Shown here in pieces: positions 27,133 to 36,559 of a DNA stretch of 64,000 nt. This stretch comes from a virus (lineage: Duplodnaviria; Caudoviricetes), in IMG/VR virus record IMGVR_UViG_3300023218_000040, positions 1 to 64,000 of that record. The stretch is one strand, 5' to 3'. A program made the position numbers and the translations under genes. Numbering within the stretch: position 1 is the stretch's first letter; the number at the start of each line of letters is the position of its first letter. The notes under the pieces were generated by a model that made no database searches, was not told where the DNA came from, and saw only the letters and a program-made list of their open reading frames with translations.

Positions 27133-27701
27133 GTACGAACTTTGCCATAGGTAACATATGGCATTGCATGTTCAATCTTCAACGAAGGAATGTTTTCCTC
27201 GCTTGTCCCCTTGATGTAACCAATTAAAACCTGCATCACCACATAGTGGGTGCAAACCATCACATTCTTTCCTTCGTTCACCAATGGAAATATGTACTCC
27301 TTTGCATACGGAACCGCACGCTCCTCAACGTCTTTCATGGATTCACCCATGGGCGGTGCTTCAAAGTAATCCCGTTGCCATAGCTTGTATTTCTTGGGTG
27401 GGAGTATCTTACGCATTTCAGAGTACTTCATGCCCTCCAAAACGCCTCCAGAACGCTCCCTAAGCTCTTCCACGAGCACCCAGGACTCTGGTGGATACTC
27501 ATCCCCTAGAACGATTCTGAGCGTATCCTGGCAGCGCTCAAGGTCAGATGAAAATATAGCGTCCCACTTATATCCACGGTACGTTTCACGGACATCAAGA
27601 CTCTGCTCCTTCCCAAGCTTAGAAAGGGGCGTATTCAATTGTCCCGATTTACGGTTCTCTGTATTGGCGACCGATTCACCGTGACGAAGTAATACTAGCA
27701 T
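27129..27701 (-). CDS. Histidine phosphatase (phosphoglycerate mutase family)
   Basis: LRHGES, SSDLERC..T, ELRER, GES, VCTH. Confidence 0.9.
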   Translation of the reverse strand: MLVLLRHGESVANTENRKSGQLNTPLSKLGKEQSLDVRETYRGYKWDAIFSSDLERCQDTLRIVLGDEYPPESWVLVEELRERSGGVLEGMKYSEMRKILPPKKYKLWQRDYFEAPPMGESMKDVEERAVPYAKEYIFPLVNEGKNVMVCTHYVVMQVLIGYIKGTSEENIPSLKIEHAMPYVTYGKVRT

Positions 27702-28228
27702 CAGTGCAACACATTGAATGATATGGATTTTGTTCCTGGATCACGATTCTCCCAGAAGTTATTAGCTGACTCTAGAAAGTTATCGTTCACCTGAACACTG
27801 TCCTCCATCATCTCCATGATTCGGTCAAGTCGAACTCGTAACTCGCTAGAATGAACGTAGCGTTCTACGAACTCATCATATGGAATGATCTCACCGTAAT
27901 TGTGATGATAGCCGTCGTGGTCTGCCTGTGGCTCGTAGCTGGTCATCATCACACCACGATACTGACTCACGTCATTCGCAGCATAACCCATCGACGGGTC
28001 AGAAGGCTTGTCGCTGACCACTAACTCACTAAAGAATTCGATGACGAAATGCTTGGATTTGGATTCAGCCTGGATGAAGCACTTCTTCCCAATGCCCCTA
28101 TTATGCGGAATCGAATGGACTGGCTTGATACCAGCCATCGTATCGACTAGCTCCTTGAGGCTGATTGGAAGTTCGTTGCGATTCTTTGGATCGCCTTTTG
28201 CTATCTGATGCATTCCGGGCTTAGCCAT
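27701..28228 (-). CDS. Hypothetical protein
   Basis: Start MAKPGM at 28228 with a GGAGG SD. The longer ORF-track start overlaps the upstream gene. Confidence 0.7.
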   Translation of the reverse strand: MAKPGMHQIAKGDPKNRNELPISLKELVDTMAGIKPVHSIPHNRGIGKKCFIQAESKSKHFVIEFFSELVVSDKPSDPSMGYAANDVSQYRGVMMTSYEPQADHDGYHHNYGEIIPYDEFVERYVHSSELRVRLDRIMEMMEDSVQVNDNFLESANNFWENRDPGTKSISFNVLH

Positions 28229-28271
28229 GATCGTTTCCTCCATAGAGTATATACTGCCCTCGGTAGCATTT

Positions 28272-30221
28272 TCAAGCCCCAATACCGGCTCTTCGAAGAA
28301 TCTCCTCAAAGTCAATGTCAAAACTTTCTTCAAGAACTTTTGTAACGTCATTTTTCTTAGATTCTCGCATCGTAATCCACTGTGCGAAGTGGTATGCAAC
28401 AGTATCTATCATGTTTTCTAGTTCGATATCATGGATGCCCTCTTCAATCTGTTCAGCAAGAGGGTCTTTCTGGTCCAATTCAGTAAGATCCGAGTGACTT
28501 CTATTTTCAGACAGATAATCATAGTCCATTCTAAAACCATCAGCGTTCCATTCAAGATACTCAAAGTAGTACTCATCGGAATTATCGTGATCACCTTCAA
28601 TACCAGCAGCAATTATATCTAAGATTCCGTCAAGTTTAATGACGGTGCCCCACTCACCTTGCCAGTTGTTATCTTCTTTTGGACCAGTATAAAAACTATG
28701 TGGGCGCATTGGATATCCAACATTAGCATATTCTTCAATTCTCTCTATCACTTTTTTACGAAGCTCCTTAACAGTCTTTTCAGTAAGATCCGTAGTGTCC
28801 TCGATGGCGTCATGAATTGAGTTAAACAGGTAATGGTAAAAGCGATTCGAGTTGCCTTCACGCATGATAATTGAAGCGGCATTCTGCAATGCATCATATC
28901 GATCAATGCTTCCGCTGTAGTCCTGGTCGGTTCCACGAATGACGGCTTCCTGCTGTTCCGGCGGTAACTTCTCCAAGATCTCTAATACTATCTCCGGGGT
29001 AATTTGTTTCTCGAAACTTTCTTCGCCAAAAGTCATATCATTAATATCGTCCAGAGCACTATACAGACTCTCAACCGGTTTGTCGTCAAATTCTCTGGCA
29101 ACGTCGTGGAAATCTTCCCATTCGTCCACCCAAACATTCCACCATTTCCAGTTGCTATTATCACGCTCTACGTCGAATGTTTGATATAACAAGCCATGTT
29201 CTCGCACTAAATCTTCGATGGCGGCAATACCACGGTCATAGTCACCCATGTTCATCAGTTTTTCTACTACAGCGGTTGGACCCTCTAGTCCTGGTTTCTC
29301 AGCGATCAATTCATCCTTAACTTCATCATCAAGGTCTGAAATATTGAAGTTGTTCTCGGACATGTAGCCGCCACCCTTGATTCCCACTACTGCTTCGTGT
29401 TGAAGCAAGGGGATAATGTACTTGTGATATCGTTTTGCTGGCTTATCGTTTCCTCGACCCTTCATTTCACCAAGCATTCCGTTATCGTCCAAGATGAACG
29501 TCAACACCGGAGTTAGGGTTACATCATCTCCAACTTGTTGCTTTCTACGTAGACTTAGAATTGTATCAGTGGAATGCTTTCGTGGGGAGTTTCCGCAGTG
29601 TCCCATGGCTTTAGCTTCTGCCGGGCAATACGATTTATTCAAGTCATACCAAGCATAGCCATCACCAAAATCAATGATTAAATCAGCAGCATCATCATGC
29701 GGAACTGTTCGTTCTTGGTCTTCACGCCAATCGGATTCAAGCTGATTGAAAGTGTCGTAGACTTCGGATGGGGTCTGCCAAGCGAATGTATACTGCTGAA
29801 TACCAGAAATGGGCATGCTCAAGAAGTGAACAAGAAATCGCTTAACATTTCCATCCATAAACATGGACAGTGAACTCTTGATGTTTCCAACGGTAGTTCC
29901 AGACTTAGCAGCAACCTGTTTAATCTTCTTCTCTACCATCTGACCAAACGTCGAGTCCGACTTAGATAGCTGCTCTAGTAATGAAATCTGAAGATAGCGT
30001 AGATACCAAATAACACGATCTTCACGTTCTAATGCTTCCCTGGCCCATTCAATTTCCTTGGCTACTTGATTCTTGAGTTGCGGAGCTATTTCGAGAATGC
30101 CCTGGAACATAGGCATGAGACGCTTAGGAGATGGCGGTGCTTCGTCCAAGCGTACTTCCTCTGCCTCAAGCAAAGGTAGTCCAGCTAATCGGAGTATGTC
30201 GTTGACTTCAGCTTCATACAT
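28272..30221 (-). CDS. Acidic 649-aa late protein, probable internal head protein with a PcfJ-like central domain
   Basis: ILRLAGL at the N-terminus and EILRRAGI at the C-terminus; central E.KAMGHCG...ILSLR...P.LT...EMKGRGNDKP. TATAAATA lies 5 nt before the ATG. Confidence 0.7.
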   Translation of the reverse strand: MYEAEVNDILRLAGLPLLEAEEVRLDEAPPSPKRLMPMFQGILEIAPQLKNQVAKEIEWAREALEREDRVIWYLRYLQISLLEQLSKSDSTFGQMVEKKIKQVAAKSGTTVGNIKSSLSMFMDGNVKRFLVHFLSMPISGIQQYTFAWQTPSEVYDTFNQLESDWREDQERTVPHDDAADLIIDFGDGYAWYDLNKSYCPAEAKAMGHCGNSPRKHSTDTILSLRRKQQVGDDVTLTPVLTFILDDNGMLGEMKGRGNDKPAKRYHKYIIPLLQHEAVVGIKGGGYMSENNFNISDLDDEVKDELIAEKPGLEGPTAVVEKLMNMGDYDRGIAAIEDLVREHGLLYQTFDVERDNSNWKWWNVWVDEWEDFHDVAREFDDKPVESLYSALDDINDMTFGEESFEKQITPEIVLEILEKLPPEQQEAVIRGTDQDYSGSIDRYDALQNAASIIMREGNSNRFYHYLFNSIHDAIEDTTDLTEKTVKELRKKVIERIEEYANVGYPMRPHSFYTGPKEDNNWQGEWGTVIKLDGILDIIAAGIEGDHDNSDEYYFEYLEWNADGFRMDYDYLSENRSHSDLTELDQKDPLAEQIEEGIHDIELENMIDTVAYHFAQWITMRESKKNDVTKVLEESFDIDFEEILRRAGIGA

Positions 30222-30229
30222 ATTGGTAT

Positions 30230-31816
30230 TTATAAGTTTCTGACGAACTTCAGATTACCACAATCCCATATACGGTCGAGTCCCTGAGCCTGCCTATTCT
30301 CCCATTCGGTTAGTCTATGATCATCACCCGGTACGATTCCCTTTCGAAATGTAAATCGATGAATTCTTGTCGCACCACTTACATACCAGTAATTGGGTGG
30401 TGTTGCACCAACCAATTCGAAACCTAGTGTTTCGTATAAGTGACCATTGGACCATCTCCTATCTGCGAACGATACTATAGTTTGAGGGTTTTGGTCAGTA
30501 ATGAATTTATGCAATAAACGGCTTGCACCACCAACTACCAACGAACCATCAGTGCAATATCTAGCCATTTCCCAATACGTTTGATTACGTCCTCCTTTGG
30601 CTATAGATGGATGAGAAAACGTCATAACACTTTTCAAAACGTGTTCATCAAAAAGTCCCAACTTTATCGATGATTTGGTGTATCCCTGCAAGTGGTGAGT
30701 TTCACAAAACGATTTGGCATCAGTAGTTGAAATTTCTTGAATATTCAACTTTCGAGCGTATGAACGATTCTGGCATTTATTTAATAGAACAGCAATTCTA
30801 TTCATTACCACATATTTTCGTTCATACCATTCATCTTCAAAGATTGTAATTAAGCGATATCCTTTCTCTTCGCACAATCGCATCTTAGTAAGGTGATAGT
30901 CACGCCCCTTACCCTGTCCTTCTCCGTGCCAATACAATCCGCAATATTCAATAGCCAATTTATAATCAGGCACTACTATATCTAGTTCGAGTGGGAAAAT
31001 AACCCGTCGATCTCCAAGATATGCAGTAACGCCAATAGAACGTATATGATCTATGATTTCTATTTCTGCTTTACTATGTTTGATAATCCTGGGATGACAT
31101 TGTGGACACATATCGGCACGGAATTTTGATTCTGTAAAACATTGCCTAGTGCGTACGAAATGGTAACCACAAGTCTTACAACATACTTCAAGTCGCCAAT
31201 CATCAATGAAACGTAAAACATCTAAATTAGCCAGTGTCGCATATTTCTTATACTCTTTTTGATGTTCGATTCTTTTCAGAGTCCATGACGTTTTACTTCT
31301 TCTGCTAATCAACTCCTTAGATCTGTTGCTGTGCTGTTTACCTCTGAAAAAAGCAAGATCATCACCACGCTGTCGCCGGGTTTCCAACCCTTGCTTAGTC
31401 CTTTCCGTGGCCATTTCGGTGCCTCTGGCTTTCGAAGATGCATCAGCTATTAGCTTTTTAGTCTTTTCGGTGTGGTGGCGTCCCCACATTGGATGATTTG
31501 TAGAATCGGCATAACGCAATTTAGCCTTACTACGAAGTTTTTCTTTCTGTTCCTCACTACACGGAATACCCCTATTGTGTCCAGGTTTACCGGTTTTGGC
31601 TGCACTTATTCTCTCACCCTTCCGTTTCCTGGAACACTCTGGACAATCCTGGCGAAAATGATCATGAGGCTTCTTCCAATACTCAATATCATGGATCTTG
31701 CAACGTATCGACAATTTGGTCTTCGAATCATGGTATACCGTAGTAGCATAATCATACTTGCCACATTCACCGCTGTGCCACGTCTGATGTTGCCTAATGA
31801 AATCTCCCCTATCCAT
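30230..31816 (-). CDS. Free-standing endonuclease: Zn ribbon + NUMOD3-like repeats + Vsr-like nuclease + GNAT-like domain
   Basis: HPMWGRHHTEKTK and FFRGKQHS repeats; LELDIVVP..KLAIEYCGLYWH; VGGASRLL; IVSFADRRWS; RIWDCG. Confidence 0.85.
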   Translation of the reverse strand: MDRGDFIRQHQTWHSGECGKYDYATTVYHDSKTKLSIRCKIHDIEYWKKPHDHFRQDCPECSRKRKGERISAAKTGKPGHNRGIPCSEEQKEKLRSKAKLRYADSTNHPMWGRHHTEKTKKLIADASSKARGTEMATERTKQGLETRRQRGDDLAFFRGKQHSNRSKELISRRSKTSWTLKRIEHQKEYKKYATLANLDVLRFIDDWRLEVCCKTCGYHFVRTRQCFTESKFRADMCPQCHPRIIKHSKAEIEIIDHIRSIGVTAYLGDRRVIFPLELDIVVPDYKLAIEYCGLYWHGEGQGKGRDYHLTKMRLCEEKGYRLITIFEDEWYERKYVVMNRIAVLLNKCQNRSYARKLNIQEISTTDAKSFCETHHLQGYTKSSIKLGLFDEHVLKSVMTFSHPSIAKGGRNQTYWEMARYCTDGSLVVGGASRLLHKFITDQNPQTIVSFADRRWSNGHLYETLGFELVGATPPNYWYVSGATRIHRFTFRKGIVPGDDHRLTEWENRQAQGLDRIWDCGNLKFVRNL

Positions 31817-31862
31817 AATAGAGTTTCCTGTATTTATAGCAATATCTACAGAAATTAGGCAC

Positions 31863-31897
31863 TAAGTGATGAGATATCAAGGATATCTCATCACTTA
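31863..31897. repeat. Perfect 16-bp inverted repeat downstream of the tail sheath gene
   Basis: TAAGTGATGAGATATC-aag-GATATCTCATCACTTA. Confidence 0.9.
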
Positions 31898-31907
31898 TAA
31901 GTTCTAG

Positions 31908-34277
31908 TTAGAACGGAAAGTCGTCGCCAGTTCCAAGTACCGTAATAGGTACAAAGATGAATTCGATTGCACGTGCTGGCTTGATAGCTACGTCAACAAA
32001 TAACTCGTTGCGGTCGATAACTTCCGGTGGATTATTGCTTTCATCGACTCGCACGGCGAAGTCAAACAAAGCACGTAGGGACTTCAGACCAGCAAGGTAA
32101 CGCTCGGTTACAATCTGAGCCGAACGACGAGTCACCGCATCATTGATTTCGAACAGGAACGGCTCCAACAGACGCTGTAGGTCGTACTTCATCTTGGCGA
32201 TGAGTCGTGCCACGTTGATGCGGTCAAGTGCGGATGCGAATCCCTGGTTCGTCTTCTGACCAAACACAACCAGACCACGAGTTGGCATGAATGCGATTGG
32301 GTTGATGCGGTTATCATATAGTACATCACGCTGAGATTTGGTTAGAACCAGCGGAGTGTATTCACCATCGTTGTTAATGTGACCAACCGAAGAAGCATTG
32401 TCAACACGACCACGGCGGAAGCCGGCTGGTGGGAACCAAGGTGCAGCTACCGAGTCAGAGAATGCGATTGTACGTAATGCAATATGAGATGGTGGCTGTA
32501 CAACATCCTCTCCGTCAAGGTTGGTAGCCAATGCCCATGGGTACCAGAAACCGGCAAATGCCGATGGTCCAGAAGCAAAGCCACGCTCACCAGTCGCCAC
32601 AACATTGTTGGCGTTGGTAATCCACTCGGCTGCCGTAATCTCACGACCCTCTGGAATACCATTCGGAATCATGAACTTCGGCGTATCAGCAACCACGAAT
32701 GCAGTTTCGTTGTTGTCAGCGTTCAAAGCAATCATCTCATCGTATAGTTCAGGGTATCCTGGGCATGCGATAAGCTGGAAGAAATTAACCTCGGCACGAA
32801 TCTCCTGGTTTGCAACGAACTGAGCTTGTAGTGCCTCTACCACAACGTCACGCTGTGCCAAACGACCGAACTTATCCCCTGCGGCTGGCTCCCAGAAGTT
32901 CCCAGTTTGAGGAACAACCACAAAGCTACCTGCCTGCTCTACAACTGTTACAGCATCAAAGTCTGGGTTAAAGACCTTGACAGTGTTGCGAGTGCGAGAC
33001 TCGCCAGTGTTGCACCAGTACGTACCGTTCAATACGGCAGAAGCTACCGGATCATCAGGCTGGAACAGGACTGCATCACGAATGTTAACCCAGGCACCAC
33101 CAGTACGACGCATGATCTGTGGGTAGTTGTCACGTGCCTCTGGGGTTGACAGATCAACCCAGATTGCGCCCTCAGCAGGAAATACTGGAGCAGATGCAGA
33201 AATGACCTTCTGACGATTGGTTGGGTTTGATACCGTGGTGGTCTCGATTGGTACCCACTGGTTACCAAAGCCAACATCGGTTCCTTCCAAATACAAAGCG
33301 AAGTCAGTGAACGTGTCATCGAACCAGTATGTTCCAGTGTCTGGTTCAGAAACAGGAGCCTCAGACTGAATGAATACTGGTAGAGGAATGAACGTGGTGC
33401 CCGTTCCGACAAACAGTGGGCGTGCACCAGTAGTGTTTACATTCGAGATGTCTTCCCAGATGGTGTTCTCATTTGGAACAGGCATCATGGTGTCACGGAT
33501 GATCGTCTGGCTAACAAACACGCCATCCGCTGCACGAAAGCGACGTAGTTTCAGGTTTACACCACCAGCAGAAGAAGTTGTCTTCCACCAGTAGTCACCA
33601 TCGGCAACGCTACCACCGGTAGGAGTAGTGGGAGATACGTGCAGGTTCGTTCCTGCGCCAAAGTCAGTTGCTAGGTTGGCGTCCGTAGCCTCCTTCCAAG
33701 AACCAGCAAACTTGTAAACGATCTTACCATCAGAATTGGAGTAGTCAAATCCCCAATCTCCGTTAGAACCATCTGCACCGGTTGGTGGAGTGGTGAACAC
33801 CAAGAAATCATTGGTGTCAGTGATTGGATTGAATACACCACCGCTGCGAACAAAGATACCACCAACAACCTCATCGGAATCAATCCAATAGGTGTTGTCA
33901 GGTGGCGGAAGAACTGGCTCAACCTCAGATGGAACCAATTGTTCCAGCGGAAGATTAACACGTAGTATAAATGCACGGCTACCACGACCCAGGAAGCTGT
34001 GAGCGGCCAACAGAGCGTATTCGTTGGTCTCGTCTCCTGGAACTGGTTCACCAGCGCTCTCAACAAACACCGGGTTGCCGTAGTTTAGCAACAATTCACG
34101 CTGCGATGTAACCAAACGTAGCTTGCCAGACTCAACCGTTCCCGGTGCTGTAGCTGCTCCGTCCGAAGAAATCTTGTTCGACCTCGTGGCGATTATGAAT
34201 AGCGGAATCGTTTGCGGGTTAGGTTCGGCGTAGATACTGGCGTCTGTAACGCTAACCGTAACTGATGGTGAAGTCAT
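31908..34277 (-). CDS. gp18: Contractile tail sheath protein (gp18-like)
   Basis: SP.V.V...D.S.Y, YG.P.F, ACPGYP, PWFPPAG.RRG, LY..RINPI, ALDRINVARL, FE.ND..TR, DVAIKP.RAIEFI. Confidence 0.96.
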   Translation of the reverse strand: MTSPSVTVSVTDASIYAEPNPQTIPLFIIATRSNKISSDGAATAPGTVESGKLRLVTSQRELLLNYGNPVFVESAGEPVPGDETNEYALLAAHSFLGRGSRAFILRVNLPLEQLVPSEVEPVLPPPDNTYWIDSDEVVGGIFVRSGGVFNPITDTNDFLVFTTPPTGADGSNGDWGFDYSNSDGKIVYKFAGSWKEATDANLATDFGAGTNLHVSPTTPTGGSVADGDYWWKTTSSAGGVNLKLRRFRAADGVFVSQTIIRDTMMPVPNENTIWEDISNVNTTGARPLFVGTGTTFIPLPVFIQSEAPVSEPDTGTYWFDDTFTDFALYLEGTDVGFGNQWVPIETTTVSNPTNRQKVISASAPVFPAEGAIWVDLSTPEARDNYPQIMRRTGGAWVNIRDAVLFQPDDPVASAVLNGTYWCNTGESRTRNTVKVFNPDFDAVTVVEQAGSFVVVPQTGNFWEPAAGDKFGRLAQRDVVVEALQAQFVANQEIRAEVNFFQLIACPGYPELYDEMIALNADNNETAFVVADTPKFMIPNGIPEGREITAAEWITNANNVVATGERGFASGPSAFAGFWYPWALATNLDGEDVVQPPSHIALRTIAFSDSVAAPWFPPAGFRRGRVDNASSVGHINNDGEYTPLVLTKSQRDVLYDNRINPIAFMPTRGLVVFGQKTNQGFASALDRINVARLIAKMKYDLQRLLEPFLFEINDAVTRRSAQIVTERYLAGLKSLRALFDFAVRVDESNNPPEVIDRNELFVDVAIKPARAIEFIFVPITVLGTGDDFPF

Positions 34278-34390
34278 TTTCTGTATTCCTCTCAATAGGA
34301 GATTTCGTGCTATTCATATTTATCAAGACGCTGACTTTTGAGGACTCGAACCTCATATAAGAACTTTGTTCCTGGTGTACATATATATCT

Positions 34391-35110
34391 ATGGGACGAA
34401 AAGTAACTACAGAGATTTTTATTAAGGAATCCCGGAATCTTCATGATGGAAAGTACACCTATGAGAAGACAGTGTTTGTCTCTTCACGAGACAACGTGAC
34501 GATCACATGTCCAATTCATGGGGATTTTCAACAACGGGCGTCTTCACACGCACAAGGAAACGGCTGTAAGAAATGTCAAGATGACAGCCGTCGAATGACT
34601 ACTGAAACTTTCATAAAGAAAGCTCGTCAGATTCACGGTAATCGTTTTGATTATTCTAAAGCTGACTATAAGGGTTCACATAAACGTGTAACCATAATTT
34701 GTCTCCTTCACGGCGAATTCACTCCATTGGCCTACCTCCACCTTCAAAAGAAAGGTTGCAGTATTTGCAAATATCTGAATCACCCAGGTGGCTATACGTA
34801 TGAATTGTTCGACCGTGATGAAGAGTTAGCGAGATCCATTGGGGTGTTCTATATTGTAGAATACCAATTCGATGATGAAACTTTCATCAAGATAGGAATT
34901 ACTCAGCACGACGCTTACGTGAGGCATAAAAGCTATTGGAAAAACGTCGAGGTTTTGTTAGAAAGGCCGATGAGACTGAAAGAAGCTTTCCATTATGAAC
35001 AAGTATTGCTTCATAGAAAAGATTTGCAACCCTACCGGTATACTCCAAAAAATCTAATGGCTGGAGTAACCGATTGTTTCACCGTTGATGTGAAACCACT
35101 TTTGTTCTAA
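34391..35110 (+). CDS. Putative homing endonuclease: 2 Zn-ribbon repeats + GIY-YIG/T5orf172-like C-terminus
   Basis: ITCPIHGDF and IICLLHGEF; FYIVEY...IKIGIT...R. Confidence 0.75.
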   Translation: MGRKVTTEIFIKESRNLHDGKYTYEKTVFVSSRDNVTITCPIHGDFQQRASSHAQGNGCKKCQDDSRRMTTETFIKKARQIHGNRFDYSKADYKGSHKRVTIICLLHGEFTPLAYLHLQKKGCSICKYLNHPGGYTYELFDRDEELARSIGVFYIVEYQFDDETFIKIGITQHDAYVRHKSYWKNVEVLLERPMRLKEAFHYEQVLLHRKDLQPYRYTPKNLMAGVTDCFTVDVKPLLF

Positions 35111-35116
35111 CGAGTC

Positions 35117-35617
35117 TTACTCCAGGTCTATCTGCTTAACATCCTCAAGTTTGTCTTTTCTGACCAATAGAAGTAGCACTACACGTCCATACATTGGGAA
35201 ATCGTCCTCCATTCTTCCGTACGGCACGTACCCTACATTATCCAGGTCGTTCTTTCTGCGACTCAGTAACCTAGTGTAGATTCTTTCTCGGTGTGGCTTT
35301 GCACCCAATAACAATATCTGCGGCTTCTTTTTCGTCAGATAATCTCCGATGATGTCCATGATTGTGGAGAATACTAGGAACTCGTTGCCACTGCCGATTT
35401 CGTATTCTTCCCACTGTCCATCAATTTCCGCAGCGAAACCCATCATGTGAGTATCAAACCCAGGTATGATTGGAATCTGACGGCCTAGACCTACAACGTA
35501 TCGGATGTCTCCAATATGAAATTCGGCAGCGTACTGGAACATTCCAGGGAATGGATTGTTATGAACCGATAGCCACTCCCAAGCTGCTGTGCGGTTGAAT
35601 AATTCCAGTAGTGTCAT
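35117..35617 (-). CDS. Hypothetical protein, possibly virion-internal
   Basis: 166 aa, coupled downstream of gp15; MTLLELF start; G.GNEFLVFSTI..II motif. Confidence 0.7.
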   Translation of the reverse strand: MTLLELFNRTAAWEWLSVHNNPFPGMFQYAAEFHIGDIRYVVGLGRQIPIIPGFDTHMMGFAAEIDGQWEEYEIGSGNEFLVFSTIMDIIGDYLTKKKPQILLLGAKPHRERIYTRLLSRRKNDLDNVGYVPYGRMEDDFPMYGRVVLLLLVRKDKLEDVKQIDLE

Positions 35618-35622
35618 GTCCT

Positions 35623-36467
35623 TTATCCAAACGTCTGAAATCGTAGAACATCATCCTCATCAGCCTTGATGACACACCGAAAGATTTCATCCAGATCATC
35701 AAACTCGATGACATCTGTAACCTCGGGATCGCCACTGTTCAAATCCAAAATAGGAACCTGAATCTTGAAGATATGCTTGGTCTCCAAAACCTTGGCTGGG
35801 GCCGATAGCCACAACGTAGTAGTGAATGGCAAAGTGATGACGTTCAGCGGATCAATGTCTACACCAGAAGGAACAGCCGCTTCAAAACGTACATCCAAAT
35901 CAAAGTTCAACGTCGTCAGGAAAGTCCAGTCAGCAATACTATTAGACAAAGCAATGTCCATCTCAGGGTTGAAGACCACACCAATCTGCTCTAGAATCTG
36001 AAAACCCTGGTCCTGGTTTGAACCCCAAATGGATAGCTCGAAGTTTAACTCGTACGGCACTGGTTGATAGCGCTCTACGGTCTTTCGCCTTCCAGGCTGA
36101 TTGATGAGAAGCTTGCCCTCTGGATCACGAGCACGCTCTACAAATTGCAGTTTCTCAATGTGCTGTGGTTGTTGTCGCCATTCGGCTTTCTGTCGCATAC
36201 CGGTCATGATTAGCGACATTATAGGTACGTATGCGACTGTATTCTCACTACCACCTTGAAGAATGTAACCGACTGTTCGGTCCATGCTGCCGTACATGAT
36301 TGGAACATCCAAGAAGTGATGCTTGCCATCACGCTGAACACCAGTACGAACCTGATAGCCAGCAAACATCGCCATGATTTGAACAATCATGCGCTTTATC
36401 TGTGCGTCGTAAAAAAAAAAGGTTTCCGTCTCAATCCCTGAAGACGGCTATTATCAGCATTATTCAT
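35623..36467 (-). CDS. gp15: Tail terminator/sheath stabiliser (gp15-like); start and body separated by a T10 frameshift
   Basis: The body 35623-36390 has VPIMYG, QPVPY.LNFELSIW, QILEQI...FNP and ..TL.F...LWLSAP. The family-type FFYDAQIKR N-terminus is in frame with the body, but the promoter/SD/ATG 36467 is in another frame across A10 at 36411-36420. Confidence 0.85.
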
Positions 36468-36498
36468 TTAAAGCCCTTAAACATTAGCTTAGTATTAG

Positions 36499-36527
36499 TA
36501 TTTAGGGATACATGAATATCCTAAATA
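36499..36527. promoter_or_regulatory. Back-to-back late promoters for gp15 (minus) and the HNH gene (plus)
   Basis: TATTTAGGGATA-catgaa-TATCCTAAATA, an imperfect inverted repeat. Confidence 0.7.
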
Positions 36528-36559
36528 TATTCGTATTGGAATCATAACGAGGATACAAA

